Shown here piece after piece: positions 1 to 35,829 of a DNA stretch of 64,000 nt (position 1 is its first letter; each line of letters begins with the position of its first letter). The notes beneath the pieces were generated by a model, which made no database searches, was not told where the DNA came from, and saw only the letters and a program-made list of their open reading frames with translations. The stretch spans positions 31,150 through 95,149 of the forward strand of contig JAQGDQ010000793.1 of the NCBI GenBank assembly GCA_030141605.1. Reading direction: 5' to 3'. The DNA is from Tubiluchus corallicola. Its lineage: Eukaryota; Animalia; Priapulida. A program made the position numbers and the translations under genes.

Positions 1-135
1 TTGATGATCTGAGGTAAAATAAATAGGCAGATTGTTAAAGCACAAAAAAATTACCTGTATGAGTGTTTGGATAATTTATCTATTTCTGAAAAATCCACCG
101 ATGCTTTTCAAACTCGAAATCGCCAATTTTTTCAG

Positions 136-23682
<23,547 letters not shown>

Positions 23683-23771
23683 TGGCGGAGAATCCGCGTG
23701 GAACGGTGACTGAATCCATGTAAAAGTTGTAAAAAAAACATACGGAAGGTGGCAAATGATTTTTATATGCA

Positions 23772-23887
23772 CGACGTGGAGAAACTGGATTTCTACTTCG
23801 CGGCGAAGCAGACGTGGAGAAACTGGATTTCTACTTCGCGGCGAAGCAGACGTGGAGAAACTGGATTTCTACTTCGCGGCGAAGCAG
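23772..23887. repeat. 38-bp repeat, 3 copies, in the BPTF 3' UTR
   Basis: GACGTGGAGAAACTGGATTTCTACTTCGCGGCGAAGCA, three identical copies. Confidence 0.9.
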
Positions 23888-24591
23888 TTAACTTATATAG
23901 TATATATAGTTCAGCATAAAGTTTGTAAATTTTGGTATATTTTTAAATAACATCTGTCGTCCGTATACTGTACTCGCTAGTATCCCCGAATCGCCGTCAT
24001 CATCATCATCGTCGTCATTTCTGCTGAGAAGTACGTTGTAAAAAAGCTTTGTAAATATGTTGGCATTGTGCGAAAACGAAACGTGTCGCGCGCGCGTGTA
24101 CAGGCGGACCGAATTGTAAAGTTTCTCTACGAGCTCATGGACCACGAGGGGTGCGATCTAGTTCAACCCGACGCTCGCCCTCGTTTGGTGAATTTCCCTA
24201 ATTTATGCTTTTATCGTTTGCTCTGTAAATGGATTGTGTTGAATTTGATTTTTCCCCTTTCTCGTTTATCGTCGACGTTTGGCGCATCCCTCGCGTTCTG
24301 GCAAAAACGCTCACTAGATGGCCCTGGTGGTGCATCCGTGCACAGGAAATGTAGAAAGATTTCCGCTCTTAATCCTGTACCGGTATGAAAAGTTTATGGC
24401 ATTTAACTATGTTCTCGTCGCAAATTTATAAAAGGTTACTGTTGCCATAGTAACCGAAAGAACGTAGGGCTGTTGCTATAGTAACCGAAAGAACGTAGTG
24501 ACCTTATTACTTTCCCCCTAGTGACATCTATTGGTGAAAAATTTTTCCTTAAACATTCTGTTACTACGACAGCTTAAAGACGAACTCCATT

Positions 24592-25265
24592 TCTCATTTG
24601 TTAATGTGCATTAATAGGTAGTACCAATTACTGATAAGTTAGCAAACCCTCATTTGTTAATGTACATTAATAGGTAGTACCAATTACTGATAAGTTAGCA
24701 AACCCTCATTTGTTAATGTACATTAATAGGTAGTACCAATTACTGATAAGTTAGCAAACCCTCATTTGTTAATGTACATTAATAGGTAGTACCAATTACT
24801 GATAAGTTAGCAAACCCTCATTTGTTAATGTACATTAATAAGTAGTATGCATTACTGATAAGTTAGCAAACCCTCATTTGTTAATGTACATTAATAGGTA
24901 GTACCAATTACTGATAAGTTAGCAAACCCTCATTTGTTAATGTACATTAATAGGTAGTACCAATTACTGATAAGTTAGCAAACCCTCATTTGTTAATGTA
25001 CATTAATAAGTAGTACCAATTAGTGATAAGTTAACAAACCCTCATTTGTTAATGTGCATTAATAAGTAGTACCAATTACTGATGAGTTAACAAACCCTCA
25101 TTTGTTAATGTACATTAATAAGTAGTATGCATTACTGATAAGTTAACAAACCCTCATTTGTTAATGCACATTAATAAGTAGTATGCATTACTGATAAGTT
25201 AACAAACCCTCATTTGTTAATGTACATTAATAAGTAGTACCAATTACTGATAAGTTAGCAAACCC
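24592..25265. repeat. 56-bp minisatellite, about 12 copies
   Basis: The unit contains the 14-bp palindrome TTAATGTACATTAA. Confidence 0.92.
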
Positions 25266-26248
25266 CGTCCTTCGTACATTGTAAACCTGATAATGACATT
25301 GTCTGAAGCCCCAATACCGGATCTTTGGGTTGTCTGAAGCCCCAATAGCGGATCTTTGGGTGGTCTGAAGCGCCAATACCGGATCTTTGGGTTGTATTGC
25401 AATATATTTATGCCCATTATGATACTAATGTTAATTTATTATTGAAAAACGTTTGCATATTCTCCCACTTGTATGTAATAGCCAATTAGGTACCAAACTG
25501 TAAGGATATTTTTTACGAAAATTACCGACCATCGTTATCTCTTGTTCTATGCTCAGCTGTATAGCTTGTCGACTGTATTTGTCTCGTATGTTCTATGCTC
25601 AGCTGTATAGCTTATCGACTGTATTTGTAAAACGAAACGTGTTTATGAAATCTAATTCTTTCGTAATAGAAGTTAGAAAAAGAAATTTTTCCTGATTTGT
25701 TTATTGTTTATCTAGAGCGATGAGCTTTTTTGCGGTTTCGTTGCGCGCACTCGCAGTTGCTGTAGGTCAGTATCGCGTCGTAACTACAACCGTCACGTGA
25801 CATGTGGGTAAAGCAAAGCCGTCAGACACATTAGTTCAGTAACTTCAGTTGTTTTGCGTGGACTTTACTTAATTATGCGTTAGTCTGTGCGTAGAGTGAT
25901 TTACTAGCAGGATCTTGCTTGAGAACAAGCAAAAAATGAACTAGGTAAGGTTCTAGCTAGCTGTTAAAATTGTTATTATTACAATAGCATGGGCTGTGAG
26001 GCGTTGTCAAGTGTACACAAATGCGTTGTCTGGTACACTTAACCTTTGACCTTTTCACGATCATCATCAATCGCTGGAACTCTGAAAAGGCTTACTTACA
26101 TTCGTTAAGAAACCACTATCTGCTGTGATTTCTGTCTGTGTCGGTTGAGTAACAGCTGTCCTCAGATTCCTGAAAGGAAACTCCATCGTTACATTGACAA
26201 CAATCTCCAAGACTACAGCAGATCGCACACATACCACATACGCGCGGA

Positions 26249-26457
26249 CTCTCTCTCTCTTTCTCCCCTCTCTCTCTCTCTCTCTCTGCCTCTCTTTCTC
26301 TCTCCCTCTCTCTCCGTCTCCCTCCCCTCTCTCTCTCTCTCTGCCTCTCTTTCTCTATCTCTCTCTCCCTCTCTCTCTCTCTCCATCTCTCTCTCTCTTT
26401 CTCCCCTCTCTCTCTCTCTCTTTCTCCCCCCCCCTCTCTCTCCCTCTCTCTCTCTCT
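26249..26457. repeat. (CT)n microsatellite
   Basis: CT-rich tract. Confidence 0.9.
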
Positions 26458-26676
26458 TGACAATAGTTGCAGTTAAAACTTGAAATTGATTTTACATCTA
26501 TGAACATTTATAGCCAAACGTGATGATTCCAATCTTGGGATGAACAACATTACACGGATCAATGCACTTTTTTCTTAAGCAAAGCTAAGACGGCGCTTTT
26601 TGAAGTTTTCCAAGCTTGCAAAACAAGAAATCATGTTTAAATTTTGTATATATATGCATATGTATTGATTATATAC

Positions 26677-26682
26677 TTTATT
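26677..26682 (-). terminator. Candidate MLST8 polyadenylation signal
   Basis: AATAAA on the minus strand, about 170 nt after the MLST8 stop. Confidence 0.45.
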
Positions 26683-26850
26683 TACAAAATCTAGCATATC
26701 ACTAAATCAATGTCATTAACAAAGATAACAACAATACGAAAAAGAATATAGCCGAATGTGTAACACGTCGCACACGAGTCTAATATAGACTCGCCCTCCA
26801 CACGAGTGCAAATAAGCTGTAGTAGCAACAAGAATTTGCAACGGAAACGG

Positions 26851-29800
26851 CTACTGCAGCATTCCGTCGCTGAAAGCCAGCGCAACGATCGCTTTTTGGT
26901 GTCCATTGTACTCCCTCTTCACGTCTTGACCTTCCACGCTCCACAGCCGTGCCGTGTTATCGGAAGAGGCTGAAATATCAAATTGATACGTTTTTTGCAC
27001 ACACTCTCCAAAAGTTTTGAGAAGATGCTCGCAAAAGTCCGCGAGTGATTTTTTGTTAATAATGAACGGCATTAAAACGAAACCAAATGTGTGCTTGCAT
27101 ACAAACATCGCCATAACACAGGGGTGTGCAAATTATCTGACTAGCCGGGCCACATTAAACTTTCTCACAATTCCTGTGGGCCACAGGCAGTTTGATGAAG
27201 GACCAAGTACAGAAAGGCCTAATAACGATTTTTTTGCGTCCGACCTGCGCACATCATTACTACTACACTCAAGAAACTATTTTAGAAGTTATTAAAATTT
27301 ATATTACAAACCATATATTTCTACTTTCAGGACAGATAGTGGTAATTTCATTACAATGCATATTAGTAATGTGTATCGTACAGTCTGAGTAGTACAGTGT
27401 TATTAAGCTACAACCGTCTTGTAAGGGTTAATGGCATCCGATCTAGTAGAAAAAACTACCCGCACTATCTTTGGGATCGTGGCACGGAGTACAGCTGGAT
27501 ACACTCAATTAATCGCCCAGGCCGCACTTTCATTAGGTTGACAAATCTCTTCGCGGGCCGCACAAATTCTCTCCGCCGGCCACAAGTGGCCCGCGGGCCG
27601 CAATTTGCACACCCCTGTCATAAAGCATAAAAGTAAACACATTTTCCGAGGAGAAAACGAACTTCTTCTAAAATGTGATACCCTCAAACTTTGGAGTTCC
27701 AGGCTATAGCCTGGTTACCCTATTGCAGGGATGAGAATTTTCCGCGGATACACGGAATTCCAAGTTTTTGGAAGACCAGTAGTGCCATTTTTGTAAATCA
27801 CGTAAATTCGTTGAGAAAATTTTATGGACCCAGTACATTATTTCACAAGCTGACCGCTAGTTGGCAGGCCGTCACTTTGTTTACATCACGTACATCAGTG
27901 TAACCACGTGTATATCTCTATGTATAAAAATGTAGAATCAATTGTGCGGAGTTAATTGAGTCAATTACAGACAGTTTTTATATACTTTTGCATAAGAGCA
28001 GCCACAGTACTTGGGCGTTTTTGAGACAATTAGGTATCATGTATCCTTGATAGTTGTGTAATTTAAATTATGTATGAAACAAGGTAATTGATATTTTAAG
28101 TCCACTTAGAGGCCACAAAATTGCAATTTGTTGCTGGCTCCAAGGAGGTTTCGCCCCCCTTGAACCCCCACGGGGGTCTACGCGGCTCCCAAACCTCTGA
28201 CCTGTTTCAGGGTTTTTTGCAATTTGTCATTCTCATCCCTGCTATTGGTTAATCCCCCCCCCCCCCCCCCGTTCTTACCTGTGAAAATGTACTGCGAATC
28301 ACCGCTGAAAGCGCAGTCCCAAACCCAGCGCTGACTTGAGCACTTCAGTTCCGTCATTAAGCTAAAGTCTGCAGTCTTCCATATCTTCGCGGTTTGATCG
28401 GCAGACGTCGTAGCCAACAGCCTGAAACGTTTAGAAAAGCCGAGTGCAGGTAACGGCAACTATCGTTTTACCGATGTTCTTTGAGCTTTGACTACTCGGA
28501 GCGATAAAAAACTTACTCTTACATTCTCGCTAATAGGAAGCAACGTTCTCACAAGGTTGTACAAAATATAGTTACACTCGTATCTCGGTTTGCCGGTCTC
28601 GCTTTTATACGGATATCGGAAAATTCGAACGAAATCTGGTCCGTATAAAGCCCCGCATGTTACGGACACAGTCCGGGTTTTGCGAGCTGACTGCTAGTGG
28701 GCGGGCCGTCACTTTGTTTACATCCCAGCAGCATGCAACAACACATGTGGCTTGTATGTCAGCATGTTCATTGCTTTAATCAGCATGTAAGTGGTTTAGC
28801 ACCAATTATGTGGAGTTATTTGAGACAATTACCGACAGTTTTATATACTTTTGCACAGAAGCGGCCAGTACTTGGGCGTTTTTGAGACAATTAGATGATT
28901 GATTCTACATTACCGTGAGTCTAATATGTCAGGAGCGGCCCATACTATAAGTTTCTTGAAACAATTAGGTGATTGATTTTGCATCACCGTGAGTCTAATA
29001 CACGGCACCTACCGAATTAGCTTAGTATCGTTAAATGCAGACAATCGGCAAAGTCGGACCGACGTCTCCCCACCATTGTCCGGACCGACGTCTCCCCACC
29101 ATTGTCCGGACCGACGTCTCCCCACCTTTGTCGGGACCGACGTCTCCCCACCTTTGTCCGGACCGACGTCTCCCCACCATTGTCCGGACCGACGTCTCCC
29201 CACCATTGTCCGGACCGACGTCTCCCCACCATTGTCCGGACCGACGTCTCCCCACCTTTGTCCGGACCGACTTCTCCCCACACGTCTCCTCACCTTTGTC
29301 CGGACCGACGTCTCCTCACCTTTGTCCGGACCGACGTCTTCCCACATTTGTCCGGACCGACGTCTTCCCACATTTGTCCGGACCGACGTCTCCCCGCCTT
29401 TGTCCGGACCGACGTCTCCCCGCCTTTGTCCGGACCGACGTCTCCTCACCTTTGTCCGACAAACAGAGACATGAGTGTAGGCAAAACAAACTCTTACGTG
29501 CAGTCTGGACTAAACTTGCACTTTAGCGCGTAACGCTTGTGTGCTTCGATCTTCGTCTTGAAGCGAGCTTGCGTACAGCCGTTTGAACCGCTCAGCGTCC
29601 ATACATAACAATTACCCTGCAAAATAAAGTTTTTAACATATCTTCCTTACGTTGCTGAATATATGAATAAATTAGTTAAAAAATTAAAAAGGGAACTAAA
29701 AAGTGGACAATTTACTTTGAAACTCGTCAAATCACCATGCATCCAGTTCTTCTACGAATAAATCAGTTAAAAAATTAAAAAGGGAACTAAAAAGTGGACA

Positions 29801-32800
29801 ATTTACTTTGAAACTCGTCAAATCACCATGCATCCAGTTCTTTTACGAATAAATCGGTTAAAAAATTAAAAAGGGAACTAAAAAGTGGACAATTTACTTT
29901 GAAACTTATCAAATCACCATGCATCCAGTTTTCTACGAATAAATCAGTTAAAAAATTAAAAAGGGAACTAAAAAGTAGACAATTTACGTTGAAAACAAAA
30001 GTCCCTTATATCCGAGTACCTTATAAATGAAGATTTTTACATAGGAAAAACGTACGAAAAATTGGGACCGGTATTGGTGGTCCCTAATAAGCGAATGTCC
30101 CTTATAAGCGAGCATGTTATACCCAAGGTGGACTGTACGTGCACACTGGACATTCATTAATTCATCATAGAGCCTCCGCTTGACCGCATGAAAGCTCCAA
30201 TTTGAACAAATCTGTCTGATTGGCTTAAAACGGGCCCTGCCGGATGGCTTCTCTAGTTACAACTCACCTTGTTATTAACGGCTGCCAGGTAGGAAGCCTC
30301 CAAATCAATGGCCACGGATTGAACAGACGCATCTGCTTCCGACACGAGAGGTTCGTTGTGGTTCGTGCGCACGTCCCAAAAATGTATTGTTCCGCTCTGG
30401 TCACCCACGATCAGTTCACCCTGCCGTGAGAAGTCATTCTTTAGTTTTTATTTAGGATTGGATCTGAACAACATGATTTAGGATCCTCACCACAACAGAC
30501 TTTACACACTATTTACAAGAACATTTACAGTAAGAATAGACTATAACTACACAAGCTGACAAGTTTTACTACAAGATTACATTAGACATTAGTAACATTT
30601 ACAGTAAGAATACACTATAACTACACAAGCTGACAAGTTTTACTACAAGATTACATTAGACATTAGTAGAAAATGACGGTTAGAAAATATTAATGTACGA
30701 ATATTTAAGACTGATGCATTTCATATCAGATAGAAACTACTGGAAGCGTTTAGTACGTAATATAAAGTCATGTATGCATTGGAATATTTTACAGTTAGCA
30801 AGAAAGTTAAATTCATCCTTTCCGAATAATAACAACTTCAACAGATCATTATTTCCTAAGGCAGCTATATTAAGGTTTTCGGGCAGAAGTATTTCATTTA
30901 GTTTATCAAACATAACAACCCTAGTTTGTTGATACAGTTGTTGTTAGAAAAAGTGTCAATTTACAAATATGGACACAGCTCTCTGAATCAATCTCTGGAA
31001 TTCTAAGCGAGTTTCTACCTCCCTTAACGTTCAAAGCGCAAAGGAAAGGTGCCAACGATCAACCGATTTGCCTGTCGGTGTCGCCATCTACTAAAATTTC
31101 CATTGAGCTAACAAAAGCTAGGGCAACTTTAACTAAAAGACTCGCGCAAACACGCACCTGGTTGGGATGTATAATCACACAGGTAACAGGTGCATTCACC
31201 TGGAAAATTCTCTGACATTGCGAATTCCTAGACCTGCAAACAGGTAAAAAAATATTGATCAAAATGCAAAGTTACACATCATAACAACGTACACAAAGCA
31301 CATTCAAAATTAATAATTAGGGAGAAGTGAATAGCAGAGTGTCTACGGCATGTATATTTAGCATTAGCAGTTAGGCAGTGCCAAGTCTGGTGGTAAAAAA
31401 ATGGATGACTACTGTAACATAACATTGTAACATATATAACAATATGTAACAATGTTGCATTGTTACAACTAACCTAATCCTACTAATTCCCATCTCCTGC
31501 ACTCTCCACTATCATTCCATCATTTTTACCTTCCCTTTTTTGCACTCTAACATCAGCACCATCAATTGCATTGCAGTCACACAAGTAATGCTTCTGACTA
31601 TAATGCAATCGACAATTTATATAGACATGCCATGTCGATTTTATTATGAAATTAATATAACTATGTATACCATGTTATCATAATGTATTTTGCTACATTT
31701 TATTGTCGTTTGGTGTTTTTGTAATAAAAAATAAAATAAATAAACATTATGACAATTAGGAAATAAACAAAACTAAACTAAACTAAACCTGAGGTCCCAG
31801 ATCCGCGCACAACAGTCCTCACCGCCGGTGAACATCCACTTTCCATCGCCGTGAAATCCGACGGCGGTTACGTTCTTCGAAATGCCCTCGTAGTTAACTA
31901 CCGGATTCGTGTTTCCGGAAACCACGTCGTACATGCGGACGTGGTGATGACCTTGAAACAGCAGAAGATGGCTTTAATTAAAGGAAAAGACAAGTAATTT
32001 AGCACGTTTGGGTTCGTTTTACCGTTTTTACTTAAACTTAGAAAAAATGTAACAAAAAACTTGTAAAAACTGTCTATGAAGCATAAAATTAACATAATTT
32101 TAATAGATAATAATAATAATTTTAATAATAATAATGATAATAATAATAATAATAATAATAATGGCAACAACAACAATAATGATGATGATAATAATAGTAG
32201 TAGTAGTAGTAGTAGTAATAATAATAACAACAACAACAATAATAATAATGATAATAATAATAATAACAATAATAATAACAACAATAATAATAATAATAGT
32301 AATAACAACAACAATGATAATAAAAATAATAATAATAGCAACAATAACAACAACAATGATGATGATGATGATGATGATGATAATAATAATAATAATAATA
32401 ATAACAACAACAATAATAATAATAATAACATTTTAATAATCTAATTAATAAAATTAATTTATGGTGTACAGAAATTTTCGAGCACGGTGGTCAAACTTCT
32501 GCGGCTTACCTAATGTTCACGCAAAAAAAAAATCACAAAATCAGCTTTGTGCCCGAAAGTGTGACATTTTACGGGAACAGACTCGGCCTTTTAAATTCAG
32601 ACAGTTCCTTTGCGGATGTCCCGGCTCCGCTACGAAACTCGACAGTTATTCCACTTCTACTGAATGTAAAAACGGTTCACGCCATGCAGTGCCAGACGGC
32701 TTGCATGTGGCAAATATTTATTGTTTACTCACCGGCAGCGGCAATCATCTGTCTGTCCGGAGTAATTTCCAAGGCATTCACTTGCTAAATTATCAACTAA

Positions 32801-34350
32801 GAAAAAATGTTTAAAATTATGATGTTTAGCTAAATAAAAAAACTGCATTAAAGGAAAAGTCAACACTCTCGAGAAGTTGAGCTTATTTTGATATTTGAGA
32901 AAAATGTTAGAAAGTTTCAGCAAATTCTGATAAGCGCCTCGTGAAATTAATAAAATCAATTTAAAGTCGCCGTCCTCTCACGCTTGGGCGGGCTCGTCTT
33001 AGACGAAAAATGGCCTGCCTCCACCTGGTGGGGCAGCAAGTAAGTAAGTACACGTACTGTTAGAGGAGTCGGTGTTAGAGTAAGTAAAATGCCAGATACT
33101 TTTAACTCTTAATGCATAACGTCCCATTGCGGGATGCTTTCGTATTGGTGTCTATACAGCTAGACTGTTTTTCAAGCATAAGAAGTAGCGATGTAGCAGA
33201 CGTTTTAACTAAGCAGTCACGCGCAGTTTAAGCGACCAGGCAGTGAATAAGTGAGTCGTTATGCAAGTAAGCTGCCGTTACTCTTCAGACATTCCACTTT
33301 ATAAAGTCAATAACATCCGTAACATTGATTTTGTGAAATTTTAAACTGTAAGAGGGACAGCAATGCAAAGGATTTTAATAAAGCAATCCATCCAGCCACA
33401 CCATAAACGATGATAAATGATAATGTTACAGGAGAAGATGCACTCATTCCTGTAATCAAAAAGAGGCCAGACACGGTCAGTTAACCCGCCGATAAGTATG
33501 TCAACCAGTCAGTCAATCTGAGTTAAAAATTTAGAGCACAATTAAAGGAAGAGTGGACGATTGCTTAGATTCAATCTCATTTTAATTTACTGACCAATAT
33601 ATACATTTTCTTGCCTATAAAAGTTAACAATTGTTCATTATATTTGAATAATTAGCTTAGAAAGTTAATTAATGGCGACCGAACACAGCTGTTGCTTACA
33701 TCAGAAACTAACCACAGTTTGTGCAATGGCAGGTATCTTCCCTTGCACATCAAGCACATTTGTATAAGTGTTACAGTACTGTTTATACGCGTGATGTCAC
33801 GAAACATGGGCTCTACATCATATGACGTCAGAAACTAACACGGCAGTTCATGATCATGCTTATCATGATTATGCCTTCTATTTGTCGGCCACGCGAATGT
33901 GACAAAAAGGCGCTGTTGCCAATCTTAGTAGATTCACTGAGTTGCGCGTAGCTTTGAAAGTTTAACAAAATTTGAGTATTCGAGGTAATTATTATTTAAT
34001 CTAAGCTTTGATTTAAAAAAAGCTATTGTAGTTTCAATATTTGAGAGAATTCTTTATTCTGAACTCATGTTTACACAATCATCCAGTTTTCCTTTAAATT
34101 TTTAAATAGACAATTTATTTATCAGTTGCTAAAACTCTGTGAACTTGCTCTAATTACATGCATCAAAATACACACGTTCGTTATCATCGATCAGAATATA
34201 TATTAAATATATTAAAAAGGATACAGAATCGGGGTGCTGGACAGTTCTGTGACATATTCCACTGTGAGCCTGCCAGAATCTGATGGTATGATCGTATCCG
34301 CCCGTAGCCAAGATCACCTGATCGCCGGCTCCTCCGGAGTTGCCAGTCAT
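26851..34350 (-). CDS. MLST8: Target of rapamycin complex subunit LST8 (WD40 repeat protein), complete, 316 aa
   Basis: Exons in transcript order: 34350-34225, 32784-32733, 31951-31789, 31233-31158, 30420-30268, 29616-29498, 28421-28279, 26969-26851. They total 951 nt in one open frame. Translation includes [103 protein letters not shown] and [15 protein letters not shown]. Confidence 0.96.
27119..27617. mobile_element. hAT (Charlie-like) MITE, family C
   Basis: TIR CAGGGGTGTGCAAATT...AATTTGCACACCCCTG with a decayed TSD. Close copy at 36894-37394. Confidence 0.85.
27726..28241. mobile_element. hAT-like MITE, family B, 6-bp TSD
   Basis: TIR CAGGGATGAGAAT...ATTCTCATCCCTG, flanked by direct CTATTG. 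Highly similar to 9492-10030. Confidence 0.85.
28575..29477. mobile_element. TA-flanked MITE, family D, carrying a 26-bp tandem array
   Basis: TA|CACTCGTATCTCGGTTTG...CAAACAGAGACATGAGTG|TA. Array (GGACCGACGTCTCCCCACCATTGTCC)n at about 29056-29460, about 15 units. Confidence 0.8.
29668..29990. repeat. 91-bp tandem repeat, about 3.5 copies
   Basis: GGGAACTAAAAAGT(G/A)GACAATTTAC at 29691, 29782, 29873 and 29963. Confidence 0.85.
32105..32430. repeat. (AAT/AAC/GAT)n microsatellite
   Basis: Compound trinucleotide tract. Confidence 0.9.
33546..34093. mobile_element. TTAA-flanked Kolobok-like MITE, family H
   Basis: TTAA|AGGAAGAGTGGACGATTG...CAATCATCCAGTTTTCCT|TTAA. Fragments of the same family at about 2183-2300 and 46408-46458. 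Confidence 0.75.
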
Positions 34351-34599
34351 TACGAATCACGTGCAACTAAAAGAACTATCACGATTAACAATCACTATCA
34401 CAAGTTTCTGATAATTTCAGTGACAGAATAGTAAGCTGATTCAAATGGAAGGGTTGAGATAGTTGTTGATTTGAAACAATCTATTATTCACAATTAGCGC
34501 CTCATCTAGCTAGCATTACTGTAGAAAAGCCAGCAATAAATGTAACTTCTTGACTCCATTTATCATATGTATTTCTGCAAGATAATGTTAAATTCATTA

Positions 34600-35820
34600 A
34601 GACGACACACCCTTACACACGCCAGCGCGCCGCTTAAGAAGAGGTACACAGAGAAGTCGAACAAGCGCGACCGTCCCACGTAGTGTTTCAACTCGCAAAG
34701 TCAGTGAGAAGTAGAAGAGAGATATGCTTGCACGAAACTGCCCACTAAAACGGTAGAGAGGCCGCCATGTAACGGCTGCCAGACTCGGCCGCAGTAAAAA
34801 TCTAATTCACTAGACGAAAAATGCTTGATTACGCCTCTATCTTTTTATCTCCTTCATGTACCAATTCTAACATGCTGCACCTGCAACATAAAACAGGGAA
34901 TCTTTGCAAAGTTGAGTTATTCATGAATCTCGTATAAAAGATTTTGTTTATTGCTGAAAGTAAAATTACGAAAAGCGGTGTACGAAATTGTTAGAAATTC
35001 TATGTAAAGTTATTTTTACTGAGATTTTGTTGAATTTAAATCAGGCAGACATTTAACAGAAGAATTTTAGCGCTTCAAGGTTAACTAACTTTTGCAGCTA
35101 CCTCATCATTTTGACAAAGTTGATACGAAGATTCAAAATCGCTTTTTGTTCTTTCAAAACTATGTTTTTAGTTTGACGTATTACTTCACTGAATTAATTT
35201 AATACTGGTGATATTTTTAATTTTTGTTGTTATTAAGGTATATAATTATATTACTATTAGCCACTGGTTTACACTTAATTTTTTCAAATCAAATCATTTA
35301 TTTTTTATCCCAATAACAATACAAAGAAAAATACCAGAAACTAACAAAATTGTTACTATAATATTGACTTAAATATTAATATTTCATTTCGAGTTGAAAT
35401 AAAAATGTGAAAATATAACTGTTTATGATATCATGCTACAGATCAACGTTAATTAATGACTCAATGAACTTATGAAAATATTATAAAATGCAATTTAATT
35501 ACATGCTCAAATGATTGTAAAGGAAAAGGTCATGCATAATCAGTATCCCAACCTGTGGATTTTTAACGAAGGTCGGTAAAACTGGTAAAGCAACACCACT
35601 AAAATTTACGAATCCAAATCTTCCTACACAAGGATGCTGCTACAATGTATTTTTCTTCAGAGGTGGGTGTAGTCCGTGGCGCCACCCGTTCTAGCTACGC
35701 CAATGTAGTATTCCTTACCGTTGCTGTAGATGAAACGAATGCTATAGTACATTGTTGGTACATTGTACCTTTCTTCGGGGGTAGGAATGGCCCCGCTATA
35801 GTACATTGATTTTTCAGATC
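34600..35820. promoter_or_regulatory. Divergent MLST8/RNPS1 promoter region
   Basis: The two ATGs point away from each other, 1.48 kb apart, each preceded by a splice acceptor. GC-rich patches at about 34600-34800 (YY1-like ACATGGCGGC on minus) and about 35650-35700. Confidence 0.55.
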
Positions 35821-35829
35821 CTTTACACG

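Noticed and set aside
28989-29533. Overlapping repetitive ORFs on both strands
   Set aside because: 26-bp array within a MITE.
30693-30932. RTE-like 3' fragment (DRNYWKRLV)
   Set aside because: A single short motif is insufficient support.
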